IMG/VR virus record: IMGVR_UViG_3300037247_001689
Location: 52,333 to 116,332 of that record
From: a virus
Reading direction: 5' to 3' (one strand)
Length of the DNA stretch: 64,000 bases
In this document: positions 55,015-64,000 of the stretch, piece after piece
Numbering within the stretch: position 1 is the stretch's first letter
How the letters are laid out: each line of letters starts with the position of its first letter
Position numbers and translations under genes: made by a program
Notes under the pieces: generated by a model
Databases searched by the model: none
Seen by the model: the letters and a program-made list of their open reading frames with translations, nothing else
Told to the model about the DNA's origin: nothing

Positions 55015-56633
55015 AAAGTATCAGTTTATCAGGGGATCAATTTTTTAAAGATTTTTATTACTTCCAAAGAGAAGCTGTTGAGGCATCAATAAAACATTTA
55101 GTAGAAGAAAAAAAAAGGAATGGTGTAATTGTACAGCCTACTGGTAGCGGAAAGACATACACATTGGCTGGTCAAGTAAAAGTATTTGCAGGTGATTACC
55201 AAGGACGAGTTTTGATGGTTTCTCATACCAAAAATATTGTGGACCAAGACCATAAAACCGCAAAAAAATTATGGAAGGAAGGATCGCACTTATTCGGCGT
55301 AAACTCAGCAGGACTAGGCAGGAGAGATTTTAATAAACAAGTGCTGTTTACAGGTATTCAAAGTGTTTATAAAGACGCAAAAAAGATTGGTAAAGTTAAT
55401 TTTTTAATACCGGATGAATGCCACGCAATTAATATGGTCGATTCAGTAATGTATAAACAGTTTATTGAAGATCTTTATGACATAAATCCTGATATGAGGG
55501 TCGGGGGATTAACTGCTCATGATTTTAGAATGACAATGGGTAAAATATGGGGGCCATCAAAAGACCTACTTTTTGACGATTTAATTTACAAAGCCAATGT
55601 AAAAGAACTGATTGCTCAGAAATATATATCAAAGCCGATAAACCCACCAATAAAAGATGAAAAAGCTCTTATTGATACGACGGGTGTTGAGATAATAAAA
55701 ACCAAAAATGATACTGAATACAATCAGCAACAACTTGATGAACGGGTAAATATACCAGATAAAATTAAGCGCCAAACCAAGATTGTACTAGATGGAAGCT
55801 TACCCCACGAGTCAATCGCATCATTTGCGCATAATATTAAACATTGTGAACTAATCGCACAGAGTTATATTGATCAAGGTGAAAAATCGATTGCTGTTGT
55901 CCACTCAGAAATTAAAGGTGATGAAAAAAAATTAATAGAAGATTTTAAATCCGGTAAGATAAGGGTTCTGGTAAGCGTTAATATGTTCGTCGAAGGGTTT
56001 GACGCTCCAAATATCCAAGTAATTGACGACAGAAAGCCAACGGCATCCCCTGGCAGATATGGGCAAATGGGCGGACGTGGTTTTAGAGTTTGTAAAGAAA
56101 TAGGAAAATATAGTTTTAAATACTTCTGTTTCTCAGGAAACGTTGGCTTGCATGGTCCCCTTGATCAGATCGAATCATACGCAAGTGAAGATACAGACGA
56201 ACCGCCATTCAAAAGATGTAAAGGTCATGGTTGCAAAATGATGGTACATGCGAGAATGAAAATTTGTCCTCATTGCGGTTATATTTTCCCCGTAAAAGAA
56301 ATTGATCCGAAAGACAGAACGCTTGATACACTTGATTTAAACTCTCTTATTTCCGAACCAAAATGGTTCACTGTAAAAAGAATGATGTGCCAGCCATCAA
56401 AGAATAAAAACGCGATATCTGCTCAATATATTTGTGAAGGGCTTAAGCCAAGAGCCGATATTGAGTACAATGACGATGGAATTACCTGGCTAAAAAATCA
56501 TCTTGGAAATGATATCCCTTTCGACATCACAAACTTTTTCAACGGTGGGTATCGGTCTAAATTAACACCACCTAAGCGAATCTTTGTTGATGAAGCCGGT
56601 TTGGCATCAAAGATTTTGAAATATGAATTTTAA
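55011..56633 (+). CDS. SF2 DExH helicase, RadD/YejH-like, with Zn finger
   Basis: PTGSGKT, DECH, EGFDAP, QMGGRGFR, C..C...CPHCG. Confidence 0.92.
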   Translation: MKSISLSGDQFFKDFYYFQREAVEASIKHLVEEKKRNGVIVQPTGSGKTYTLAGQVKVFAGDYQGRVLMVSHTKNIVDQDHKTAKKLWKEGSHLFGVNSAGLGRRDFNKQVLFTGIQSVYKDAKKIGKVNFLIPDECHAINMVDSVMYKQFIEDLYDINPDMRVGGLTAHDFRMTMGKIWGPSKDLLFDDLIYKANVKELIAQKYISKPINPPIKDEKALIDTTGVEIIKTKNDTEYNQQQLDERVNIPDKIKRQTKIVLDGSLPHESIASFAHNIKHCELIAQSYIDQGEKSIAVVHSEIKGDEKKLIEDFKSGKIRVLVSVNMFVEGFDAPNIQVIDDRKPTASPGRYGQMGGRGFRVCKEIGKYSFKYFCFSGNVGLHGPLDQIESYASEDTDEPPFKRCKGHGCKMMVHARMKICPHCGYIFPVKEIDPKDRTLDTLDLNSLISEPKWFTVKRMMCQPSKNKNAISAQYICEGLKPRADIEYNDDGITWLKNHLGNDIPFDITNFFNGGYRSKLTPPKRIFVDEAGLASKILKYEF

Positions 56634-56642
56634 GGAGACGAA

Positions 56643-56993
56643 GTGAAAAAACAACATGACTCAGATTGTGCAGTCTACAACATGCCAGCTATGACTAATG
56701 GACCCTGTGATTGTGGTTATGAAGAATTGATACCAGAAATGACAGACCCATTAGGAAAACATTGGGATCAGCCAGATAAAGAAAACATATTAATTGATAG
56801 CACTCATGCATTAATGACAGAAGGAAATTTTAAAAACCTTCATGAATATTCCAGAAGCCAACCATCAGGTGTATATCCAGGCAAAATGTGGAAAGCTGGA
56901 AACCAAAAAGGGGATTGGTGGTTAAGGTGGTACGGTATTCATGAAGACCCAAAATTATGCACTAACAATTCAAGAGAAATTATAATCGTATAA
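56643..56993 (+). CDS. conserved phage hypothetical protein
   Basis: HDSDCAVYN.PA...GPCDC and MTDPLGKHW.QP...PSGVY.GKMWK. Confidence 0.65.
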   Translation: MKKQHDSDCAVYNMPAMTNGPCDCGYEELIPEMTDPLGKHWDQPDKENILIDSTHALMTEGNFKNLHEYSRSQPSGVYPGKMWKAGNQKGDWWLRWYGIHEDPKLCTNNSREIIIV

Positions 56994-57191
56994 ATGAAAT
57001 TCCCAAAAACGACAGAATATCTCAAGAAATTGGCGCCAATATTCAACGTTAATATTGAGATAATCTGGACATATACAGATGACTATTCAAAAGAAGAAAT
57101 CCTTCAGTTGAGAGATGAATTAAAAGCTGAAGGAATTTTCACCAAAAAACTAAGGCGATATAATAGACAACCAACCACTGGAGACCAATGA
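56994..57191 (+). CDS. hypothetical protein
   Basis: coupled 65-aa ORF. Confidence 0.5.
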   Translation: MKFPKTTEYLKKLAPIFNVNIEIIWTYTDDYSKEEILQLRDELKAEGIFTKKLRRYNRQPTTGDQ

Positions 57192-57502
57192 AATCATACT
57201 CACCAGCAAGCAGCCGATCATGGTCAAATTCCTGTTCAATTAACTACGGGAAAGGAATCGAAAATGCAAAGGAAGTAACAGATCATATCAACTCACTTAA
57301 AAAAGGTGAAAGGATAGTAGCAGCGAAGATAACTGAAATAGTAGGACTAATGAAAAGTAAGAAAGCATATACTTTATTGCAAATCTTATCCGGTCAAAAC
57401 ATGATCACTTGCAAAAGGTCGTCCGGCAATTCCAGAAAGTGGTTTAAAAAGCATGATTTAACAGAAACTGAAGTTCAGGAAGCATCGCATTACATCGTTT
57501 AA
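57188..57502 (+). CDS. hypothetical protein
   Basis: GGAG RBS. Confidence 0.55.
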   Translation: MKSYSPASSRSWSNSCSINYGKGIENAKEVTDHINSLKKGERIVAAKITEIVGLMKSKKAYTLLQILSGQNMITCKRSSGNSRKWFKKHDLTETEVQEASHYIV

Positions 57503-57516
57503 TTTTGGAGGGAAAA

Positions 57517-57696
57517 GTGGTAAATAAAACCGGTTTAAGAGAATCATTAAAAGCGGCAGTAAAAAGAAATCCAGACGCAATTGATATCATTTCAATGGTA
57601 TCAGGAGTACCTGAAAATGAAATTCAAAAATTTGTTGACGGTGATGATGAGGCACTAAGAGAGGTTCAAATGATGGTTTTAAAGGTGCATCAATGA
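57517..57696 (+). CDS. small HTH-like protein
   Basis: GGAGG RBS; IS.VSGVP...I.KFV.G; start approximate. Confidence 0.45.
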   Translation: MVNKTGLRESLKAAVKRNPDAIDIISMVSGVPENEIQKFVDGDDEALREVQMMVLKVHQ

Positions 57697-57886
57697 CAAT
57701 CGCAATTCAAAAAATATTAAACCCAAAAGACGAAGATATTTGTACATATTGCAAAGTTGATCTTGATAAAAAAAACAAAGAAACAATAAAAGATGAAAAA
57801 GGCAATTATTTTCATGATGAAATCTGCCAGAATGCATTTTTCAGAAGCAGGGGTTATTGATTATTAATGTTTTAAAAGGAGAATGA

Positions 57887-58267
57887 ATGAAATTTAACAA
57901 CGAATTTTTAGCTGAATCAGTTGATAGTATCGACGCAGCTATTTTCACAGGTGATTGCATGTTTGATGCTGATGACCGGAAAGAATTTAGACGTTTTTTG
58001 GAACGGTGGGATAAGGCAACGGAAGATGATAAGTGGGTTAAACCTGAAGAAAAACCACCAAGGAAAGAAAAGATATTCAATTCCTCAAATGTTGAAAAAA
58101 TAATGTGGGATGATAATAACTTGTATGTACATTTTACAAATTTAAGTGTCTATAAATATTCAGATGTTCCTGAAAATGTTTCAATCAAAGCCAGCAATGC
58201 AAAAAGTATCGGATCATTTCTAAACAGAGAGGTTAAGGGGACTTATAGCTACAAACGAATAAAATGA
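57887..58267 (+). CDS. KTSC-domain protein
   Basis: SSNV..I.W....L.V.F....VY.Y..VP.......A.S.G.F....VKG.Y. Confidence 0.85.
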   Translation: MKFNNEFLAESVDSIDAAIFTGDCMFDADDRKEFRRFLERWDKATEDDKWVKPEEKPPRKEKIFNSSNVEKIMWDDNNLYVHFTNLSVYKYSDVPENVSIKASNAKSIGSFLNREVKGTYSYKRIK

Positions 58268-58458
58268 AAGCGATACTTTATACCGGCAGAAAAAGGGAGA
58301 TTGAACGGGAAATAAACATTTACCCAGATGAAACCGGTATCTATAAAACACGATGTCCAGAGTGTGGTGGTACTGGGTGGTGGAATTATGCATATCCAGA
58401 AAACGAAGGGCCATGCAATGTCTGCAAAGGAACCGGACAAATTTATATAACAGGATAA
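58264..58458 (+). CDS. DnaJ-type Zn-finger small protein
   Basis: CPECGGTG and CNVCKGTG. Confidence 0.65.
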   Translation: MKAILYTGRKREIEREINIYPDETGIYKTRCPECGGTGWWNYAYPENEGPCNVCKGTGQIYITG

Positions 58459-58460
58459 GA

Positions 58461-58862
58461 ATGTCAAAATTAACTGAACTATTCGAAGCAATCAATAAGT
58501 ATCAAAAAGAGCATGGGTCAACAATGAACAAGATAATGCTCAGAAAAGATTTATATGATGAACTTGCAGGATTAATCCCAGAAGATAAGAACAAAGGAAA
58601 ATCCCTTTCTCTTTTTAATACAAGAATAGATGTTATCTCAATGAATATAGATGGTTGTCTTTTTGGTGAAAACCTTGAATTTATAGCAACTGTAGATGAT
58701 AGATATTGTTATTTGCGATCAGAAGACGGTGATAAAGCAAATTGGCAAGTCAGGGATTTAGGACCTTCATTATGGGATAATAAATTTCCACAGTACGGGA
58801 ATCCTTCTGCTGATGAATTACTTAAATGGATAAAAAATGATAAAAATAAACTCAATGGGTGA
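58461..58862 (+). CDS. hypothetical protein (start revised to MSKLTE)
   Basis: AGGA RBS before ATG 58461. Confidence 0.6.
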   Translation: MSKLTELFEAINKYQKEHGSTMNKIMLRKDLYDELAGLIPEDKNKGKSLSLFNTRIDVISMNIDGCLFGENLEFIATVDDRYCYLRSEDGDKANWQVRDLGPSLWDNKFPQYGNPSADELLKWIKNDKNKLNG

Positions 58863-59032
58863 AAGCATCCACAAAGGAAGTAAGATGTACATAATCAAAG
58901 AACGCCCACCAGAAATGAAAAAGGGAATAGTAATTCTAAACGGGAAAGCTTTTGAGATTAAAAGTATTATCAGTAAAGAAGGAAATACTAAAATCGGGTT
59001 AATCGGATTGTTTTTGTGAGAATATTTCCATA

Positions 59033-59212
59033 ATGAAAAAGACTAAATTTAACTGGAAATGTGCCCATTGTGGCAAAAGAAATATTGATGCACTTTCCTT
59101 TCAGTTTGATGTCCCTCACACATATGAAGTTGAGTGGGAGTGTGACAAATGCGGGAAAGATACAAAAATAACATTTTCATTCACTACGGATATTCCAAAT
59201 ACTAAGCCATGA
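59033..59212 (+). CDS. small Zn-ribbon protein (not in ORF track)
   Basis: CAHCG...CDKCG; ATGA overlap with 59209. Confidence 0.55.
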   Translation: MKKTKFNWKCAHCGKRNIDALSFQFDVPHTYEVEWECDKCGKDTKITFSFTTDIPNTKP

Positions 59213-59619
59213 AAAAAGAAGAACATCAAATCCAAGTAGCAGTATTCCAATGGATAAATCTAATGAAAAATAGATATCCTGCTTTATACAATGCCTACGC
59301 CATCCCAAACGGAGGCAGTAGAAACGAAAAAGAAGCGGCCAATTTAAAAGCTGAAGGTGTAAAGGCAGGGGTACTTGATGTCTGCCTTGCTTATCCTTCA
59401 AAAGATTTCCACGGGCTTTATATTGAGCATAAAACTAAAAAAGGGGAACTCACCAAAGATAAACCGATCTATATAAAAAATACAAGAATCGTTCGATACA
59501 TCAGGGAAGGTCAAGAGACTTGGTTTAAAAGGCTTCAGGATGCTGGTTATTGTTGTGAGATTTCAAGGTCTATTGATGAATCAATCGATATTTTTAAGTG
59601 GTATTTGGAGATTAAATAG
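59209..59619 (+). CDS. VRR-NUC domain nuclease
   Basis: EHQIQ, AIPNGG.R...EA..LK.EGVKAGV.D, GLYIE.K, Q..W. Confidence 0.9.
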   Translation: MKKEEHQIQVAVFQWINLMKNRYPALYNAYAIPNGGSRNEKEAANLKAEGVKAGVLDVCLAYPSKDFHGLYIEHKTKKGELTKDKPIYIKNTRIVRYIREGQETWFKRLQDAGYCCEISRSIDESIDIFKWYLEIK

Positions 59620-59622
59620 TTG

Positions 59623-59652
59623 TTGACAGACATACACACCAAAGCATACGAT
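59623..59652 (+). promoter_or_regulatory. promoter predicting a leaderless transcript
   Basis: TTGACA-18 nt-TACGAT-6 nt-ATG. Confidence 0.6.
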
Positions 59653-59658
59653 GAAAAC

Positions 59659-59811
59659 ATGAAAAGAATAAACGTGCATTTAGAAGAAAGACAAATCAAA
59701 GAGCTTAAAGAATACTTCAAAGAGACTGGAACACGTCCTGCAGAAAGTATTCGTAGAGCTATTGATTTATTTTTAGCGGGAAAGAAAAAGATTCACAAAC
59801 AAATTAAATAG
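59659..59811 (+). CDS. ribbon-helix-helix regulator
   Basis: MKRINVHLEERQIKELK....TG...AESIRRAID.FL. Confidence 0.8.
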   Translation: MKRINVHLEERQIKELKEYFKETGTRPAESIRRAIDLFLAGKKKIHKQIK

Positions 59812-59819
59812 GAGACGAT

Positions 59820-61421
59820 ATGAAAACAACAGTTGTTAGTACCTGTGATCATGACCATGAGTATAATGAATTTTCTTCTCAGATCAGGAAAAACTTTAGT
59901 GCCAGTTCTAGTGAAAAGCTTTTTATGACAGATTCTGAAAATTTGTTTGATTTATTTCTGGATAGTCTTCCCACAGATAGACAACATTACGTCTGCCATG
60001 CTTGCCGTAGATTTGTTAATAGTTTTGGTGGTTTGATTTCCATTAATGAAAGTGGATTAACAACACCAGTTATGTGGCCAACGGAAGGTATACCAGCGTT
60101 TTTTAAAAATGCAGTTGACAGAATGTACCTGAGAGTATCACGAGCTAAAGTGACAGGTGTATTCTATTCAAAAAGTCATATTCTTGGCGAACCGATGACA
60201 GGTGGAGGCGACACCGGAAAGCAATTATGGCATCACATGTCTGTTGAAGATTGTCCTGCACACCATCATATATTAAAAACTCCTTTTCAGGAATCAGCAG
60301 AGAAGAAAGAAGATTTTAAAAATATGAACAGGGCACTGGAAGAGTTTTCGATTAAAACCATAACCCAAGCAGTTACTCTTTTGAAAAATGACAACCTTTA
60401 CCGTTCAGAAAAAGTTTTAGGTTGTGCAAAATGGTTAAAAGAAGTTCATGATTCATTGGGAAAAACGAAACACGAAGAGCGTCAAAATAACATGCTATGG
60501 CGTTTCATTGCTAATGCACCTGAAGATTTCTGCCATCCTAGAAGTTCAATGATTGGCACACTTTTGGACGATCTCGAATCAGATATGGACTTCAGCCAAG
60601 CAGAACGAAGATTTGCTGATAAAATGCACCCATTGAAATATCAAAGACCCCAAGCATTGCCAAGCCAAGGTAATATTGAACAGGCTGAAAAGATTGTTGA
60701 AAAATTGGGTATTGCAAGGTCATTAGAGCGAAGATTTGCAAGATTGGACGAAATTGAGTCTATTTGGGAACCTAAAAATATTGGGAAGAAGGAAAGTGAA
60801 GGTGGTATTTTCTCGCATCTTGAAACAAAAGAAAAGCCAGAACAAGAAACGATTGTTACATCTGAAAAAACGATCACCTGGGAAAAATTCTCAAAAAATG
60901 TCCTTCCTGAAGCCGAAAAGATCGAGCTGTATATTGGGCATGGTGGCAATAGTTATGCTGCCTTGGTTACTGCGACCCATGAAGATGCACCTCCTATTTT
61001 GCAATGGGATAAAGAAGAATTAAGGAACCCAGTTTCTCATTACCTGTATTCAGGTGGGTCAGCAGGTCATATTTGGGGTCTTCAAACTGGTGAATATTGC
61101 GTAGTAAACGCTGTTTGTTTTGAACCTTCAATGTGGAATGAAGGAAAGTATTCTCATCAGGGAAAAGGGGTTATGTTTATATTGGAAGGCGCAAAGGACA
61201 CCCGAAACAGTTCACTGGCTTTATTTCCTGAAACATTAAAATCAGAATTAAGGGCAATCAGGTCAACGATTGAGTCTTTTTCAAGTAAGGGCAAAATATC
61301 CGGTGAAGAATCAGCATCTGCATGTGGATTACTTTTGCAGAGTAATGGAAATTGGAACGCAAAATTTGTCGTAACATCTTCAGGAATTAAGTCAAAATAT
61401 AAACTTGATCGGTGGGACTAA
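59820..61421 (+). CDS. 533-aa protein of unknown function
   Basis: AGGAG RBS; HYVCHACRRF, WHHM, FCHPRS, PLKYQRP, PILQWD motifs. Confidence 0.8.
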   Translation: MKTTVVSTCDHDHEYNEFSSQIRKNFSASSSEKLFMTDSENLFDLFLDSLPTDRQHYVCHACRRFVNSFGGLISINESGLTTPVMWPTEGIPAFFKNAVDRMYLRVSRAKVTGVFYSKSHILGEPMTGGGDTGKQLWHHMSVEDCPAHHHILKTPFQESAEKKEDFKNMNRALEEFSIKTITQAVTLLKNDNLYRSEKVLGCAKWLKEVHDSLGKTKHEERQNNMLWRFIANAPEDFCHPRSSMIGTLLDDLESDMDFSQAERRFADKMHPLKYQRPQALPSQGNIEQAEKIVEKLGIARSLERRFARLDEIESIWEPKNIGKKESEGGIFSHLETKEKPEQETIVTSEKTITWEKFSKNVLPEAEKIELYIGHGGNSYAALVTATHEDAPPILQWDKEELRNPVSHYLYSGGSAGHIWGLQTGEYCVVNAVCFEPSMWNEGKYSHQGKGVMFILEGAKDTRNSSLALFPETLKSELRAIRSTIESFSSKGKISGEESASACGLLLQSNGNWNAKFVVTSSGIKSKYKLDRWD

Positions 61422-61437
61422 TTAAATTAACCAAAAC

Positions 61438-61466
61438 TTCACACATCCCTGCTATGGATGTGTGAA
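61438..61466. other. intergenic hairpin
   Basis: TTCACACATCC/GGATGTGTGAA, perfect 11 bp. Confidence 0.65.
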
Positions 61467-61482
61467 TACTAAAGGAGACGAA

Positions 61483-61749
61483 TTGAACAACCTAAAGGAA
61501 ACACTTGGAAATGAAAAATGGTTACGTAAAAACGAGGACAGCCTTAAGAAACTGCTTCTTGAAACATGGACGCATATGCACAATCTCAACGGCTTAAAAA
61601 TTGGTTTCGGCTTAAAATTAATTGGCGTTGACTGGAGATCTGACGACGAACTCAGTAAAATCATGTTATGGCTTGAAAAGGTTGGTATAATGGTTAGACA
61701 AAACACTTACCAAATTAAAGCCAGTCACAGAAGTATTTTTAAGGGATAA
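61483..61749 (+). CDS. hypothetical protein
   Basis: AGGAG RBS before in-frame TTG. Confidence 0.55.
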   Translation: MNNLKETLGNEKWLRKNEDSLKKLLLETWTHMHNLNGLKIGFGLKLIGVDWRSDDELSKIMLWLEKVGIMVRQNTYQIKASHRSIFKG

Positions 61750-61766
61750 TAAATCAGGAGACAAAA

Positions 61767-62114
61767 GTGACAACTTACATAACAGACCCAAAAGAAGTAA
61801 TGAAGGCGTATATTAAGAAAATATTGTCTGAGAAAAAAGAAATATTTATAAAATATCACAATTATGATGATATTGCCGTATTGATAAATACCGGTGATGA
61901 GACGGACAGTTTTTTCGTTTGGAAAAAGATGAATGAATATCAGGTAGGATTTTGTTCATCTGGAAATTTGGAAAGTGATTTTGAATCAAAAGAAGACGCT
62001 TTGGCGTGGGCGGTCAGTAAAAAATATCCTATTTACACTGTTGATATTGATATGGAAGGATTTATGCTTAAAAGTTTAAATATTGAAAGAAAAAAAGATG
62101 AATTGCAAAGTTAA
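61767..62114 (+). CDS. hypothetical protein
   Basis: AGGAG RBS, GTG start. Confidence 0.6.
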   Translation: MTTYITDPKEVMKAYIKKILSEKKEIFIKYHNYDDIAVLINTGDETDSFFVWKKMNEYQVGFCSSGNLESDFESKEDALAWAVSKKYPIYTVDIDMEGFMLKSLNIERKKDELQS

Positions 62115-62132
62115 AATCAATCAGGAGACGAA

Positions 62133-62291
62133 ATGCCACAACCAGAACCACCACCAAAAGATGTTAACTACCTAAATCTGTCAGAACGTCACCAAGAACA
62201 CATCAAAGACCAAGCTAAAAAACGTCAACTTTCGCCCTCTGAGATACTATCAGAATGTATAGAATACCATCTTCAAAACGCTAATACATAA
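62133..62291 (+). CDS. small RHH-like protein (not in ORF track)
   Basis: YLNLSERHQEHIKDQAKKRQLSPSEILSECIE; AGGAG RBS. Confidence 0.55.
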   Translation: MPQPEPPPKDVNYLNLSERHQEHIKDQAKKRQLSPSEILSECIEYHLQNANT

Positions 62292-62809
62292 TGGAAATAC
62301 TAATAATAGGGAATGGCCACGATGAGGTTGTCGAAAAGTTGAGGGAATTGATATCTGATCACGATGACATAGACCTCTATATGTTTGACGAAAAAGAATC
62401 ATATGAATTAAAAGCAGGTGGTTTACCGGTATTATCATTTGGAAGAAGAGCAGTGGTTGAACATGAATTATGGTCAGGGATAAAAGGGTTCGTTAAAAAT
62501 AATATTATATTAGTCAATGACTCACCATGGGATAGTTTTCTTAAAAAGAAACCTAGTATTGATGATTTGATTGTAAAATTTGAGGCAATTCCAATAAAAA
62601 TAGAACGATATATCCAAGACCGTGAACTGGAATATGGATACACTCATACCTTCGGAAAGCAACTTCACATTAAGAGAGAGTTAGATATCAATAACACAAA
62701 TAGATTATCCAACTCTCACAATTCAAGAAGCAGATCAATTTTAAAGATAAATAGGTACAATAAAAAACCGCTTATTTCTCGTAAACATGGGATGGATAAT
62801 AGGAGTTGA
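62291..62809 (+). CDS. hypothetical protein
   Basis: coupled 172-aa ORF. Confidence 0.55.
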   Translation: MEILIIGNGHDEVVEKLRELISDHDDIDLYMFDEKESYELKAGGLPVLSFGRRAVVEHELWSGIKGFVKNNIILVNDSPWDSFLKKKPSIDDLIVKFEAIPIKIERYIQDRELEYGYTHTFGKQLHIKRELDINNTNRLSNSHNSRSRSILKINRYNKKPLISRKHGMDNRS

Positions 62810-63252
62810 TTATGAAAAATGAAAAAATGACGCTAGCTGATGCTTATAATAAATCGAACCAAGGTGACACATTAAAAGGAAATGGCCATTCTTTTATTAT
62901 TGGTAGTGGTGAAGATTCAGATCACGATTATAGTCTACACGAGGGCACGCAGCCAATATGGGAAATTATACCAGCGGAACCGGTTATTATAATACCTCTT
63001 GATTATGTAAAAGATCTATTTAAAAATCAAGGAGTCAGAGAAGTTGTATATCATAGAAATGATCTTCTTGACCTTCTTGAGAAATTCGCCAAAAACGGGC
63101 AATTTAAAGACCGTAAAAACACACAACCTTTAATCGATGCCGTTGACGATTTTATACAAGATATTTTCAAAAATACTCTTGATAAAGTTGATAGCATTTC
63201 CCATTTAAAACGCATTGAATACGCACGTACTCACATTGAACTCATAAAATAA
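62806..63252 (+). CDS. hypothetical protein
   Basis: AGGAG RBS. Confidence 0.55.
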   Translation: MIMKNEKMTLADAYNKSNQGDTLKGNGHSFIIGSGEDSDHDYSLHEGTQPIWEIIPAEPVIIIPLDYVKDLFKNQGVREVVYHRNDLLDLLEKFAKNGQFKDRKNTQPLIDAVDDFIQDIFKNTLDKVDSISHLKRIEYARTHIELIK

Positions 63253-63253
63253 C

Positions 63254-63652
63254 ATGGAACTTAAAGACCAATTATGTAGTTATGATCAAGGTTTAAAACT
63301 GTTCAAATTAGGCATCAAATGCACCTCATACTGGAAGTACATGTTTGAAGATCCTAACACAATTGCAATAGGTCCACCATTTTTAAAAAAGTTAAGCATA
63401 AATTGCTTACCTGCTTATTCCGTAGCAGAACTAATGGAAATGGTGCCATGCTTGATTGATAGAAAATATCTATTAAGGATAAGAAAAAGGTGTGTAAATT
63501 CACACGTTCAATATAATATCGGGTACTTAACATTTGCAGATTGTGAAAACCTAATTAATAAAAACGGTGAAAATTTAGCGTCTGCATTGGCAAACGTCCT
63601 GATCTGGCTCATACAAAATAATCATATAGATTCATCTAACCTAAAACTATGA
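63254..63652 (+). CDS. conserved phage hypothetical protein
   Basis: Q.CS......KL..LG, PAYSVAEL....P, LA..LIWL. Confidence 0.6.
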   Translation: MELKDQLCSYDQGLKLFKLGIKCTSYWKYMFEDPNTIAIGPPFLKKLSINCLPAYSVAELMEMVPCLIDRKYLLRIRKRCVNSHVQYNIGYLTFADCENLINKNGENLASALANVLIWLIQNNHIDSSNLKL

Positions 63653-63882
63653 GACGACACAATCCAAAATGGAGATCAGTCTACACTAAAAGAGGGAAGA
63701 TAAACCCAAGGTTTGCCGATAAAGTAATTCTACCTTCAAAAACAACAGGTATGCAAATTCTGTCAGGGATAATTAAAAACTATTCCTGCCACATGCTATA
63801 TCATATCAGAAATGACCGTGATAATGACTGTAGATTTGAACGATCTTGGAAAGAATACCGTAAAACTCAATGGAAAATTTAA
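63649..63882 (+). CDS. basic hypothetical protein
   Basis: ends RSWK.YRKTQWK. Confidence 0.55.
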   Translation: MRRHNPKWRSVYTKRGKINPRFADKVILPSKTTGMQILSGIIKNYSCHMLYHIRNDRDNDCRFERSWKEYRKTQWKI

Positions 63883-64000
63883 AGGAGTTAAATATGACAT
63901 TTACAGAACTATATCAAAAGTACTTAGGACTCATCTGGAAAGCATTTGAATATGATATTAGCGTATTTTCACAAGGATGGATTTATTATTGGTTATTAAT

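Noticed and set aside
1-64000. CRISPR array or cas genes
   Set aside because: I saw no repeat-spacer periodicity. The repeats found are two-copy or coding, and no Cas motifs are present.
1-64000. Stop-codon reassignment
   Set aside because: Conserved long genes are intact in the standard code, and TAA, TAG and TGA all end tightly coupled genes.

Overview
This is an AT-rich segment of a tailed bacteriophage (or prophage/phage-plasmid) genome, with no bacterial housekeeping genes. 1-4.5 kb: small early-type ORFs, many membrane-associated, plus a secreted MltD-like lytic transglycosylase. 4.6-8.7 kb (minus): a 1050-aa repeat-rich fibre protein and a partner. 8.8-31.1 kb (plus): a contractile-tail (myovirus) morphogenesis operon resembling SPO1/Twort-type (Herelleviridae-like) proteins. 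It covers prohead protease, scaffold, major capsid, sheath, tube, a tail chaperone with a -1 frameshift, a short tape measure, baseplate and two fibres. 31-44 kb (minus): lipoprotein and membrane accessory genes, Rha/KilA-C antirepressor, HTH regulators, YopX, HNH proteins, DnaB and a lambda-O-like initiator with internal iterons. 44-64 kb (plus): methyltransferases, RecE/RecT-like pair, SMC-like ATPase, Nmad5-like protein, SF2 helicase, KTSC, VRR-NUC and many hypotheticals. I recognised no terminase, portal, integrase or DNA polymerase in the window. The best novelty candidates are: a stand-alone protein carrying a class II RNR (NrdJ)-like C-terminal Cys tail behind an RBS-occluding hairpin; a structured intergenic RNA enclosing a tRNA D-arm-like fragment; an RHH plus 533-aa module; and the hybrid virion/replication architecture. 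All calls come from motif recognition by eye; no database searches were run.
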